From Stegostoma tigrinum (Eukaryota), in NCBI RefSeq assembly GCF_030684315.1, contig NC_081375.1, forward strand, positions 12,685,581-12,749,580: a DNA stretch of 64,000 bases, read 5' to 3'. The notes beneath the pieces were generated by a model. It worked only from the letters and a program-made list of their open reading frames with translations, was not told the origin of the DNA and did not search any database. The stretch's first letter is position 1. The number at the start of each line of letters is the position of its first letter. Of this stretch, positions 1 through 12,734 are shown one piece after another. Made by a program: the position numbers and the translations under genes.

Positions 1-756
1 ATCCAATAGAACTTATCGAAGCACATTACAGACTTTATTTTCCCTTTAAGGGAAGCTTTATAAGGGATTCATTTTCTACGCATTTCCAACACCAGCTTTC
101 AATGTTATTTCAAATTTCCAGCAGATTCTCTTTTTATGCTGCAATAAGGGTAGTGAACCCGGGAAACTAGAATTTCCCCCAAAGTCAAAGTCGTATCCTT
201 CAGAGTTTTGAATCACCAGGTCTATGGACCAGTTTGACTCTTTACATGACATACTCATACCTCACCTGGAAATATTTACTGTTAAAATTACGAATGTTTA
301 AAATGCCTCAGGTTTACCCTCACTTCAACGTTGTCAAAAACTGTTTCCTTGAATCAGGAGCCGAACTCGATCCAGAGAAGTGTATTATTTGCTCTTGCAC
401 TTTTCATTCTCAACTGAGTACATAGAATGGTTGAGGGATCCTACACCGAATGTGCCAGTAGCAAGGGGGATTCAGGTTTTGTTGGCACAGTCACTGTCAA
501 ATTTATTGCACGTCCTTTATTGCTCCTTGGAAGGTGGTGCTATCTTTTGGAACCACTGGTGTCCAACTGGTATAGGCACACACACAGGAAGAAAGTTTCA
601 GGTTTTAACATAAGAACACAAGAACTGTAAATGGACTGGGAAAATCAGGTTGGTAGCAGTTTGCAAGGAAAGGAATACGTAGAATGTCTACGAGATGGCT
701 TTTTGTAGCAGCTTGTGGTGGAGCACACTAAGGAACAGGCAATACCAGATTTAGTG

Positions 757-884
757 ATAATGGGAACTGCAGATGCTGGAGAATCCAAGATAATAAAATG
801 TGAGGCTGGATGAACACAGCAGGCCCAGCAGCATCTCAGGAGAACAAAAGCTGACGTTTCGGGCCTAGACCCTTCATCAGAGAG
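757..884 (-). mobile_element. Short PLE terminal-repeat insertion with an intact hammerhead core
   Basis: It matches the 3' terminus of the PLE at 56521-56620. TSD gatttagtg lies at 748-756 and 885-893. The minus strand reads CTGATGA-AGGGTCTAGGCCC-GAAA-CGTC at 880-853. Confidence 0.85.
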
Positions 885-951
885 GATTTAGTGCTGTGGA
901 ATGAGGCAGACTGATAGGTGAAGGAACTCTTAGGAGGCAGTGATCATAATA

Positions 952-1059
952 GGAACACAGCAGGCCAAGCAGCATCTTAGGATGCTGCTTGGCCTGCTGT
1001 GTTCATCCAGCTCTACACTTCGTTATCGCGGATTCTCCAGCATCTGCAGTTCCCATTAT
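952..1059 (+). mobile_element. Fold-back PLE-end insertion
   Basis: Hairpin gaacacagcaggccaagcagcatc / gatgctgcttggcctgctgtgttc. The 14-bp TSD cagtgatcataata lies at 938-951 and 1060-1073. Confidence 0.85.
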
Positions 1060-1914
1060 CAGTGATCATAATATGATGAATTTACTCTGCAATCTGAGAG
1101 AGAGAGAAGATAGAATCAGAGGTAACAATATTACAGCTGCATAAAGGCAACCACAGAGACATAAGGGAGGAGCTGGACAGAACTGACTGGGAGAGGATCC
1201 TAGCAACAAAGACAGTGGAACAGCAATGGCAGGAATTTCTGGGCATAATTCAGGAGAATTACAATTACAGCAAAAAAAAAACCGGAGGAAAATACTCATA
1301 CTAAAGGGAGGACAAGACAACCATGGCTGACAAGAAAAGTCAGGACAGAATAAAAGCAAAAGAGAAAGCATACGATGCGGCGAAGGGCACTGGGAAGCCA
1401 AAGGATTGGGAAGCTTACAAAACCAACTGAGGGCAACAAAAAAAAAAAAAGAGGGAGAAGATTAAATATGAGGGTAAGCTAGCCAGTAATATAAAGGAAG
1501 ACTATAAGAGTTTTACATACATAAAGGGCAAAAGTCAGGCAGGTTTGGACATTGGACTGCTGGAAAATGAAGCTGGAGAGATAGCAGTGGGGAACAAAGA
1601 AATGGTTGTGGAACTGAATAATTGTGTCGCATCAGTCTTCATGATGGAAGACACGAGTAACATGCCAAAAATTCAAGAGAGAGACAGTGGGCAGACCAGA
1701 GTACGGTGATCATCACCGAGGAGAAGGTGCGAGAAAAACTGAATGGCTTGAAGGTACATAAATTACCTGGATCAGATGTACTACACCCCAGAGTTCTAAA
1801 GGAGTTAGCTGAAGAGAAAGCGGAGGCATTAGTGGTGGGCTTTCAGGAATCGCTGGAGTCAGGGAGGGTCCCAGAGGACTGGAAAAAAAAAAATCACTAA
1901 CATAACACCCCTGT

Positions 1915-2513
1915 TTAGAACATAGAACATTACAGCACAGTACAGGCCCTTTGGCCCTCTACCTTGTGCCGACCTGTCATACCGAACTCAAGCCCATCTA
2001 ACCTACGCTATTCCACGTACGTCCATATGCTTCTCCAATGACGATTTAAATGTACCTAAAGTTGGCGAATCTACTACCGTTGCAGGCAAAGCGTTCCATT
2101 CTCTTGCTACTCTCCGAGGAAAGAAACTACCTCTGACATCTGTCCTACATCTTTCACCCCTCAATTTAAAGCTATGCCCCCTCGTGCTCGCCGTCACCAT
2201 CCTAGGAAAAAGACTCTCCCTATCCACCCTATCAAACCCTCTGATTATTTTATATGTTTCAATTAAGTCACCTCTCAACCTTCTTCTCTCTAATGAAAAC
2301 AGCCTCAAGTCTCTCAGCCTTTCCTCGTAAGGCCTTCCCTCCATACCAGGCAACATCCTAGTAAATCTCCTCTGCACCCTGTCCAAAGCTTCCACATCCT
2401 TCTTATAATGCGGTGACCAGAACTGTACGCAATACTCCAAGTGCGGCCGCACCAGAGTTTTGCACAGCTTCACCATAACCTCTTGGTTCCGGAACTCGAT
2501 CCCTCTATTAATA
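1915..2513 (-). mobile_element. Young CR1 3' fragment inserted antisense into an older CR1
   Basis: ORF 2003-2536 reads LVRPHLEYCVQFWSPHYKKD...RRRLRGDLIETYKII. It has an (AGAACAT)n tail and interrupts the host codons NITPLF|KK. Confidence 0.95.
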
Positions 2514-3919
2514 ATTTTAAAAAGAGAGTAAGGCAAAAGACGGAAAGTTACAGGCCGAATAGCCTAGCCATGGTCATGGGTAAGATGTTGGAGTCCATTG
2601 TGAAGGACGAGATTTCTGAATACTTGGAAATGTATAGAAAAAAGGGCAAAGTCAGCATGGCTTCATGAAGGGGAGGTGATGCCTGGCCAATCTGTTCGTG
2701 TTCTTTGGGGAAGTAACAAGCAGGTTAGACCAAGAAGAGCCAATGGATGTTATCTACCTGGACTTCAAAAAGGCGGCTGACAAGGTGCCACACAGGAACC
2801 ACTGAGTAATGTAAGGGCCCACGGTCTTAGAGGGAAGGTAGGAGTATGGTTAGAAGATTGATTGACTGGCAGAAGGCAGAGTAGGGATAAAAGGGTCTTT
2901 CTCAGGATGGCAGGTGGGGACAAAATGATATTCCGCAAGGGTTAGTATTGGGACCACAATTTTTCACTTTATACATTAATGATCTAGATGATGGAACTGT
3001 GGGCATTCTGGCTACATTTGCTAATGATACAAAGATATGTCGAAGAACAAGTAGTATTGAAGAGGTAGGGAAGCTGCAGAAGGATTTAGACAGGTTAGCA
3101 GAGTAGGCGAAGAAGAGGCAGATACAGTACAACATGAGAAAGTGTTATGTCATGCACTATGGTGAGATAGAGGCAAGGGCTATTTTCTAAATGGGGAGAA
3201 AATTCAGAAATCTGAAGTGCAAACAGACTTGGGAGTTTGAGTCTGGGATTCTCTCAAGGTAATCTTGCAGGACGAGTCAGTATTTAGGAAGGAAAATGCA
3301 ATGTTGGCAATTATTTTGAGAAGACTTGAATATAAAAGTAAGGATGTACTTCTGAAGCTCTAGACGACTCTGATCAGGCCACATCTGGAATATCGAATAC
3401 AGTTTTGGGCCCCATATCTCAGGAAGAAGTATACTGACCAGGTTTGGAGGAGGTTCAAGAGAATGATGGAATGAAAGGCTTAATATATGAGGAACATTTG
3501 TGGACTCTGGATCTATGCTCAATAGAGTTTAGAAGGATGAAGGGGGATCTAACTGAAAACGTACAGAATACTGAATGTCTGGACAAAGTGGATGTTGGGA
3601 AGATATCTCCATTAGAGGAGAGACTAGGGCACAGCCTTAGAGTAAAGGGAAGACCTTTTAGAACACAGATAAAAGGAGAAACTTCTTCAGCCAGAGTGCA
3701 GAATCTGTGGAACTCACTACCTCAGAGGCTGTGGAGGGCCAGATGATTGAATACATTTAAGACAGAGATAGATAGGTTTTTGAATGTCAAAGGGATCAAG
3801 GGTTACAGGGAGAATGGTGTTGAGAAACTTATCAACCATGCTTGAACAGGAAAGCAGATTCATTGGGCTGAATGGCCTAACTTCTACTCCTATATCTTAT
3901 AGTCTTATGGTCTACCTAA

Positions 3920-4410
3920 GAGTAGGAGTAGGCAAATCAACCCCTTGAGCCTGCACTTGACCTCTTCTCAGCCTCAACTTCACTTCCCTGCCAACTCCCC
4001 ATAATCGTTCAGACTTATTACAAATGAAAACTTTATCTATCTCCTCAAATATGCTCAGTGTCCTGGCATTCACTGCACGTTAGCAAAGTAAATTCCACAA
4101 ATTCAAGGCTCTTCGAGATGAGTAATTTCTCATCTCTGCTTTAAATCAGCTACCCTTCTGCCTTAAAAACTATGACCTCCCATTCTAGATTGCTCCACAA
4201 GAGGAAACATCCTCTCACATCTACTCTGTCAATCCCCTTTGACATCTTACATACCTCAATTAAGTCTAATCTTATTTTTCTGAACTCGAGAGTATAACCC
4301 TAAACTTGCTCAATTTTGGTTTATAAGACAAATTCTCACCTCTGAATTAAATCTACTGAGTCTCTGAACTGTCTCCAATGCAACTACATCCTTCCTTCAG
4401 TAAGGTGACG
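3920..4410 (-). mobile_element. Decayed CR1 3' end
   Basis: The reverse complement resembles the CR1 C-terminus and 3' UTR seen elsewhere in the window. Confidence 0.7.
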
Positions 4411-4589
4411 TACGGTGGTATTTCAACAGAGCTTGCTGATCATCTTCCCCAGTCAAAATTCTGGAAGCTAGTAAATGGGAAAATCCCAAGTGTGACCAAA
4501 AATGTATGGCAAGGCACATCAATGTACCAATGCCAACATCACTAGGATTTCAGGGAAGTGCAATTTAAGGACAACATTTCCAATTTGGT

Positions 4590-4845
4590 GAGAGGAAAGA
4601 CTTACAAGTGACCTGAGGGGCAACTTTTGCACACAGAGTTGTGCATCTATGGAATGAACTGCCAGAAGCAGTGGAGGCAGGTACAATTACAACATTGAGA
4701 AGACAATTGGACAGGTACACAGACAGGAAAGGTTCAGAGGGATAATGGAACTCGTTCGGTTTAAGAACCATTTTCAAATGTTGGTTGGCATGGACAAATT
4801 GGGCCAAAGGGCCTTTTTCCATGTTGTATACTTCTATGACTCTAA
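4590..4845 (+). mobile_element. CR1 3' end fragment
   Basis: gcaacttttgcacacagagttgtgcatctatggaatgaactgccagaagcagtgg (WNELP motif), followed by a gggccaaagggcc hairpin and tail. Confidence 0.75.
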
Positions 4846-6969
4846 GTGCTCTGCAGAGGTTTCTCAACAAGGGTTTCTGTAACGTTTTAATAATAGGGAC
4901 CATACCCATCATAGTGTGCTGTACCATGTCGTGCCAAGTTCATTTGCCGAACAGTACTGTTATCGATTTTGTCCTTACAAAATCAGCAAGTTTTACAGTG
5001 AGCATTCTGAGTAGCATAATGTGAAGTGCTGCTGGTTGGAGTCATTAAAAATGAAGAATCTTGCATACTGAAGCATAGTATACAATAAATATACTGGATT
5101 GTAAATTATGTTAGCAGTGTGCCACAATATCAAGACATTAAACGATGCACAATGCAACACAATTGAACAGGTACATAAATCAATTTCTAAAGTTCATCAT
5201 GCAAATTTCATCTGTTAAAACTGCAGAATAGTATTTGAAGGAAGAGAGAGTGAGTATAACAAGATAAAATAATACCAAGTAAAAGGCACCAAATATGTTC
5301 TGCTACTGTTAATAAATGGTTCAAGTGAAATAAGGGTTCATAATATTGGATTGCATACATTTTCCTTCTGGTAATGTAAATCATTTTAACAAAAACTCAA
5401 GAATGTCATCAAGTTGTATTATATTTGAGTAACACATACTTTTGAAAGATTGAAAGCAAGAAAAATCACCCATATTCTCAGAAGCTGTGTGCCTGACACA
5501 CTGTTACATTCCATTCTGTGAGTATCAATGAGAGCACAGAACACTACACAGCGAACAATGTTACACACAGATATGGAGATACGAAGAGAAAAAAACAACA
5601 CACACACTTTTCTGGAAACCAGAAATTAGTTTGTCCTGGGCTATTAATAAGAAGCTGCTTTTGAAAACAAAAAGCAAAGTTTATCAAAAAGTGTGATTCA
5701 GACAACAATAAAGGATCCTCTTCATTAATCTCTCTCAAAATGTCCATGACATATCAAAATACATTGGGCCTAGGACTCCTTTCCAAGTGGTTCTTTCATG
5801 GGATTAGAACAAAACTCCACAGCTCACCTTATTCCTGCCAGGTTTAAAGTTTGAAATTATACTCAAAGTTCAATTCCAGACCCTACACCAATTTTACTGG
5901 TTATTAACGTTTGATTCAAATATTTCACATTATCCATAGCCTCAAAACAGCAATGCATCGTCGACCTCATCTCCATGCACCCGTTAAGAAAGCAAAATGT
6001 ATTTGGTGCATTCTACTCGTGTTCTTTTGTACTAACCTCCCGTTTTCTACACAATCATCAATTCTAAGGTGGATTCCTTCCTGCTTTTAGAAATGTTTAT
6101 ATTTTCTACCTATTGGAACCACACCAAGTTCTAGTCCCTTGAAGTCAAGGAGTAATGTGCTCACAGCTACATATGAGTTGGCAAAGAAAATATACTTTAG
6201 AAACCTGCTAAAAGATGACTACCAAAAAATCTCAGCTCACACATCAGAACACTTGAATATATCTGTATTTTACAGCTTCAGAATAATCTATTAGTTCTGA
6301 CAAAACTGAAAGGATTCAATATGCAGAAACGTACCTGGGCATCCAATCATCAGCTCATGTTTTGCTTCAAGCGTGCTCATCTTGCAGAATTCAGAGTACA
6401 ATTTTGGTTATTAAACCTACCATTTATCCAAAACAATTGTCCAACTGACTCAGGACATGTATCCTAGTACACATCTGCACTACTGCATTTAAGTTTCTTC
6501 GGCTGTGCCAACATTTTCGGAAACCAGCAGATTTCCAACTGCCAAAATCCAAAGCCCATCCAACACATGGAATGTAGCATAACCCACACGTACAAGAACA
6601 ATTACTAATACTAGATAATTTTTCCATAATATTAATCTACAACATACTTTTCAACTACAAGTTACTAATGGAATCACTGCACAAGTAAGTGAGATTCCTC
6701 AAGTAAATAAGCTAGGATTTAAAGTCAGAAATATTTCAAAAGGTTAGCAAGTTGCACTGGCAAGAGAAGCTTAAGGATGCTGTTTCCATTTCCCTCCAGC
6801 TCATAGCTCAGAATGAAAAATAAAATTGATCTCATGCTTGTATCAATGTACAAGATAGCTTGGGAAAAACTACCCATTCCATGTAGGGCCAACGGTTCGG
6901 GAAAGAGAAAAGCTATGTGAATATCTTGTAAAAGTACGACAGAGACTAGAAGATGACAAAGCAATTCAA

Positions 6970-7950
6970 GTTCAGTAGGTAATAAAAGGGAGGCAAATGA
7001 AATGTCATCTTTATTTCAAAGGGAACAGAGTATAGAAATTGTAGGGTTTTGTTAAAACTATAAAAGGCTCTAGAGAGACCATTACTAGAATATTGAACAG
7101 TTTTGGACACCTTAACTAACAATGATGTACTGGCATTACAGGCAATCCCGAGATGGATCCCTAGGCTGCCATAGCAAACTTATTATTAACTCCCATCTAT
7201 GGGATCAGTAGACGCCAGTTGACCAAATATTTCAGTTGATCAAGAGGTCCACAAAATCTGTGGAAAAACACACAGTAATAGAAACAGAAAGCAGGGATAT
7301 ACATATCACTGTTATATTTCATTTACTGCATAAATCACTTTAATAATGCAATTTTGCCTTAAATAAAACTTACCAGCAGACAGCTTTCTTACATGTAGCC
7401 TCAACTGACTATTCAGACAGTGCAGAAATCGCAATAATACAATGAGCTTCCAGGATCTGAGATATATAACTTCTACCAGTTTATTGAGAGCGCCATTTCA
7501 AATAAAGGCTGCTGTACTATGTATGGAGGGATTGTCTTATGAGAAGAGATTGAGCAAGTTAAGTCTGCATTCATTGGAATACAGAAGAATGAGAGGTGTC
7601 CTTATTAAAACAGACAAGCTTCTGACAGGACTTGACAAGGTAGTTGAGGAAAGATTGTTTTCCCCTTGTGGGAGAGTCTAGGACCAGACGGCATAATCTC
7701 ACAGACTAAGGGGGCCCACATTTAAGACAAAGATGACGAGGAGTTTCTTCTCTGAATTCCTTCCCACAGAGGGTTGTCAAGGCTGAGTCATTATGCATAC
7801 TGAGGCTGTGATAGATTTTTAATTAAAATGGGAATTAAAGGTTACCGAGAAAAGAAAGTGGAATTGAAGAATTAGCCTTTATCTCATTGAAAGACAGGAC
7901 AAACTCGAAGAACTGAATGGCCTTCTTCTGCTTTATATTTTATGGTCTTA
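6970..7950 (+). mobile_element. Decayed CR1 3' pieces (about 6970-7170 and 7520-7950)
   Basis: MEGLSYEKRLSKLSLHSLEYRRMRGVLIKT and a CR1 3' UTR. Confidence 0.75.
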
Positions 7951-8542
7951 AACTATGGAGTATTACTTCACAGTGGCAACCCTTTGAATCCCATCATACT
8001 ATGGCACCACATTGTGCTACCCATATGAAACAAATACATATTAAATCACGGAAGAAAAATAAAAAGTATTGCCAGCACATATTCAATGGATCATTTCTCC
8101 CCAATAACTTTTAGCTTAGATAACTTAGATAACTTTTAAAATAGATATTTGAACCTTTTTCATTCAAGTCTACATGTTCCAAACAATACAAGGCTCTTGT
8201 CTGAAAGCAATTTCACCTCACTCTAGGAAGGGAAACATGTTGTGCAGATGTCCTGTATTATTATCCCTTCCCCAAAAAAATAAATATATTAGATGCTCTT
8301 CTTGACATAATCCAGGCAGAACAGCGTTTACAGAATCTTTTCATTTCATAATATGAAAACCATATGGAAGTGAGGTTTTATACCATAAAACAATTGTCAA
8401 TGGTTACATTTAATATCACAGACAAGTTGCAAGTTGTGGTTAAATTGATGTAAATATGAAGAGATTTAACCAAAAGTATATGTTGTTTAACAGTCTTTGT
8501 ACTAAGGATAGGCATTAGCCCATTTGTACAAAAATGCGGAAG

Positions 8543-9622
8543 AATGGGAGATATAGCAGTTTGGATCGGTAATTGGCTTGCTGAGAGAAGACAGAGGATG
8601 GTAGTTGATGGGAAATGTTCATCCTGGAGACCAGTTACTAGTGGTGTACCGCAAGGGTCGGTGTTGGGTCCACTGCTGTTTGTCATTTTTATAAATGACC
8701 TGGATGAGGGCGTAGAAGGATGGGTTAGTAAATTTGCAGACGACACTAGGGTCGGTGGAGATGTGGATAGTGACGAAGGATGCTGTAGGTTGCAGAGAGA
8801 CATAGATAAGCTGCAGAGCTGGGCTGAGAGGTGGCAAATGGAGTTTAATGCAGACAAGTGTGAGGTGATGCACTTTGGTAGGAGTAACCGGAAGGCAAAG
8901 TACTGGGCTAATGGTAAGATTCTTAGTAGTGTAGATGAGCAGAGAGATCTCGGTGTCCACGTACACAGATCCTTGAAAGTTGCCACCCAGGTTGACAGGG
9001 CTGTTAAGGCGGCATATAGTGTTTTAGCTTTCATTAACAGAGGGATCGAGTTCCAGGACCAAGAGGTTATGGTGAAGCTGTACAAAACTGTGGTGCAGCC
9101 GCACTTGGAGTATCGCGTACAGTTCTGGTCACCGCATTATAAGAAGGATGTGGAAGCTTTGGAAAGGGTGCAGAGGAGATTTACTAGGATGTTGCCTGGT
9201 ATGGAGGGAAGGTCTTACAAGGAAAGGCTGAGGGATTTGAGGCTGTTTTCATTAGTGAGAAGAAGGTTGAGAGGTGACTTAATTGAGACATATAAAATAA
9301 TCAGAGGGTTAGATAGGGACAGCCTTTTTCCTAGGATGGTGACGGCGAGCACGAGGGGGCATAGCTTTAAATTGAGGGGTGAAAGATATAGGACAGATGT
9401 CAGAGGTAGTTTCTTTCCTCGGAGAGTAGTAAGGGAATGGAACGCTTTGCCTGCAACGGTAGTAGATTCGCCAACTTTAGGTACATTTAAGTCGTCATTG
9501 GATAAGCATATGGACGTACATGGAACAGTGTGGGTTAGATGGGCTTCAGATCGGTATGACAGGTCGGCACAACATAGAGGGCCGAAGGGCCTGTACTGTG
9601 CTGTAATGTTCTATGTTCTATG
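8543..9622 (+). mobile_element. Young 5'-truncated CR1 with an open ORF2 C-terminal half (RT and C-terminal domain)
   Basis: The 369-aa ORF contains SGVPQGSVLGPLLF, SKFADDT, WQMEFNADKC and PHLEY.VQFWSP. It ends in an (ATGTTCT)n tail and is near-identical to the copies at 1915, 23030 and 28150. Confidence 0.95.
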
Positions 9623-9829
9623 TACCTCTTCACCGAGAAATGAAGATTCTTAGATCTTCCAGTATAAAATCTTATGGAGTCAGAAAAGTTACATATCTGC
9701 TGGCTTTAGAAATCCATGTCCCACCCCCATTTTTAACAATCATGTTAAAAATGCAGAGAGACCAATTTTACAAATGATAAATTAAATTTCAACAGCAGTT
9801 AGCATAACAGGAAATCCAATAAGAACTTG

Positions 9830-10080
9830 AATAATAGGAGGAACAGTACACTATAACTTCCATTAAACATTGCCCACCATTCAGAGTAATTAGGGCTGAT
9901 CCTGTGCTTCTATTCTATTTACCTACCCACTCCCCATTTCCCTGGATTTCCAAAAGACTCCAAAAATCCAGCAATCTTAACTATGAATATATTCATTGAT
10001 CATCCACTCCCCTCCAAGTAAGAGAAATCCAAACAGTCCCAAACCCTCCTCAAGTGAAGAAATTTCTCATCTCTATTTCA
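9830..10080 (-). mobile_element. Decayed CR1 3' end
   Basis: Weak similarity to the reverse complement of the CR1 3' UTR and C-terminus. Confidence 0.55.
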
Positions 10081-10089
10081 TTGGTGAGA

Positions 10090-11130
10090 ATTAGTTTTAT
10101 TTAATAAATCTGAAATTAAAGTCCAATCTCAGTAGTACTGACAATGAAACCATGATTGATTGTCACAAAAATGCTGAAGTTTCACTGAAGCTCTTTAGAC
10201 CAGGTAAACAGCCATCTTCATATCGTCTGGCTGAAATGTGACTCCAGGTCCACAGCAATGACAGACTCTTAAACACCATCTGAAATGGTCCAGCAAGCCT
10301 CGCACTTGTATCTAAGTACTACAGAAATGTCAATAAAAGTGAAGTTAGATGGACCTCCAGGCATTGGCATAGGTATCTTAACCAACACCTGGGAGGCTTG
10401 TGCCAAAGTTGGAGAGCTGTCCCACAGACTAGTTAAACAACTGCCTGCCAGAGACTCATGGAATCATACACCTTGAGTAACCACTGCAGAATTTTGTGGA
10501 GATGTGGACACAAAGTCTTGTCTCCATACTAAAGGACACCCTGAACATTGTGTGACACTTACACTGAGCTAAGTGGGTTGATTTCAAACATATCTAGTAA
10601 CAGAGTTGAGCAACCATGTCCAACTGTGGGACATCAGCAGTAGCAGAACTGTACATAAACACTATATGAAACCTCATAGCCTGCCATATCTGGAACTCTT
10701 TGCAGTGGCATCAAGCCAGGAGTTAGGAGAACCAGACATGCATCAGGAGTCAACCTAGTAAAGCTGCAACACACAACTATTTCCATGCAAAACAACAGAA
10801 GCAGAATGCAACAGGTTGACATAAGCATCCCAACAATCAACAGATTTTATCTAAGTTCTCCTGTTCTGCCACATCCAGTTCTGAATAGTGGCGGACACAA
10901 ACAACTGACATGAGATGGCTCCACAAATATTCCCAGAACATCAGTGCCAGTCAAGGATGAAGTTTCTACAATTATCATTGTCAAAAACTACCTAATCAAC
11001 GATCCATCTCAACTTCCGCCTGAGGTTCCCAACATCACATGACAATCCAATTCAGTCCATTTGATACCGAGAAAAGCCTAAAGCAACTGGACTTTGAAAT
11101 ACTATAAACCCTAACAACATTCCAGTAATG
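10090..11130 (+). mobile_element. Decayed LINE 5'/internal fragment: SINE-like 5' region running into AP-endonuclease-like coding sequence
   Basis: 10100-10290 aligns by eye to the SINE body at 12070-12245. It is followed by LTN-W...KVGELSHRLVKQLP, which resembles the start of a LINE endonuclease domain. Confidence 0.55.
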
Positions 11131-11477
11131 ATACCACTGAGCCATAGAAAAGCTAAGACACAGAAAGAAGCCATTCAGCCCATTTTAATTTTTTCCACTA
11201 GTAAATATACAAAGATACTGTAATCCCAGCTGATATTACTTATGGACAAGTTATATCCCAACCTGAAAGCTAGCTTGACAGATCCTTAACACATTTTGTT
11301 TTGGTTTTAACAAGGTAGACTCTCATTGAAACATATGCACGTAACATTACAGATTTGGTTTTAACAGAAAAACAGATGTTTCTTTTGTGAAATAAGCAAA
11401 GGTTAAATAGGATAAACCCATACCACTAACATATGACACAAACTTAAAGATTTTGAAAAACATGATTTTTTTTTTTA

Positions 11478-11860
11478 AAAATCCATTCATGGGATCTGAG
11501 CATCATTTGCTAAACAGCATTTGTTGTCCCTCACTATTCAGAGGTAATTAAGAGTCAAGCACATTGCTGCGGGTCTGAAGTCAAATGTAGGCAAGACCAA
11601 GTAAGGATGGCAGATTTGCGTCCTTCTACAACATTACAGAAGATGATAGGTTAGCGAGTTTTGAGAAGGCTTGAAGCTCAGGTTGAGTTTCTGGATGGGA
11701 GTTTGCTCGCTGACTACTAACCTTCCAGCTCAGCGAGCAAACTCACATTCAGAAGACAGGCTTTTACAATAATCAACAGTGGTTACACGGTCATCAATTA
11801 GGTTTGAGTTTATTCCAGGACTTTTATTTTTGTATTCAGATGCCACCATTCAAAGTGATG
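11478..11860 (-). mobile_element. tRNA-derived SINE (same family as 11985, 20400, 46165), interrupted by a PLE hairpin
   Basis: Reverse complement of the body and tail at 12070-12305. Confidence 0.75.
11645..11750. mobile_element. Fold-back fragment of the Penelope/Poseidon-type terminal repeat
   Basis: gagtttgctcgctga ... tcagcgagcaaactc hairpin, matching 13484-13518 and 12735-12768. cagaaga is repeated at both edges. Confidence 0.7.
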
Positions 11861-11984
11861 GCTCCAGATATTTAAGGCTTTTGAGGAGAAGATTCAGTGG
11901 AAATATAGAAAAAATTAACACACAGAAGTAATGACCTTGACCTCACCACCCAAGAGAGTAGTAGAAGTCGCGACAACTGGGGAG

Positions 11985-12310
11985 GAGATGGCCTAATTGC
12001 ATTACTGCTAGAAACCCTGGTAATGTTCTGTGTTCGAATGTCACCACAGTGGATGATGGAATATGAATCCAATACAAATCTGGACATAAGAGTCTTCTGA
12101 TGACTCTGAAACCATTATCAATTTTCAGAAAAACCCATCTCATCGACAAATGTCCTTTCGGGAAGGGAACTGCCATCCTTGCCAGGTCCGGCCTCCATGT
12201 GATTCCACACCCACAGCAACATGGTTGACTCCTAACTGTCCTCTAAGCAATTAAGGATTGGCAATAAATGTTGGCATAGCCAGCAATGCCCATGTCCTGT
12301 GAATAATTTT
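11985..12310 (+). mobile_element. tRNA-derived SINE with a LINE-derived tail
   Basis: A-box-like gatggcctaattg and B-box-like gttcgaat. The tail ggcaataaatgttggcatagccagcaatgcccatgtcc is shared with the LINE end at 60640-60700. Confidence 0.75.
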
Positions 12311-12734
12311 TTTTTAAAAAGTGATTTTCAAAAGGAAATTGAAAGGGTATGAGGGAATACAAGTACAGGGATCAAGCCAGAGTGTGATATTACAGTTTGC
12401 TCAACACAGCCAGCTTGGATTCGACAGACTAAATTCCCACCTCCTGTTTTTAATGATTCTACAAATCTAGTCGCGGACTGGCCCGAAGTGATCAAAAACT
12501 CACTGGTAAGTATTAATCACATCAGAACTTCAATAAGTATTTTGTTCAATTGCCACTTGACATACAGAATCAATTTCTAGTAAGTTCTATAAAAGGCATT
12601 TGGACAAGATTATTCTAATCAACATGAGTTTGTGCACAAAAGGAAACAAAGTTTTATAGTTACATAATTTCCAAAACAGGCTCAAACTTTGTTGAGTCAA
12701 CACACAATTTGTTTCATTTGGATTAATACAAATA

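Larger units (their letters stand above)
630..3913 (+). mobile_element. Older CR1 LINE ORF2 remnant (end of EN, RT, 3' UTR), decayed, with three nested younger insertions
   Basis: Broken frames give CR1 motifs: KLPGSDVLHPRVLKELAEE, NITPLFKK, YRPNSL, LDFKKA-DKVPH, PQGLVLGP, FANDT. It ends in a CR1-type tail, tcttatagtcttatgg. Confidence 0.9.

Noticed and set aside
76-630. Short ORFs at the window start, and an exon-like AG...GTGAG segment at about 266-414 on the minus strand
   Set aside because: No resemblance to ASPSCR1 exon 4 or any protein I recognise, and the segment contains stop codons.
6335-6416. Exon-like segment on the minus strand (tag|GTTT...CCAG|gtacg)
   Set aside because: It has stops in all three frames, a weak pyrimidine tract and no TUG homology.
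8378-9085. 235-aa minus-strand ORF (and the equivalent 28698-29171 and 22867-23274 ORFs)
   Set aside because: These are antisense shadow frames of CR1 RT and recur in each copy.
8544-9653. 369-aa ORF as a host gene or domesticated RT
   Set aside because: It is a 5'-truncated young CR1, near-identical to three other copies and lacking the N-terminal RT motifs.
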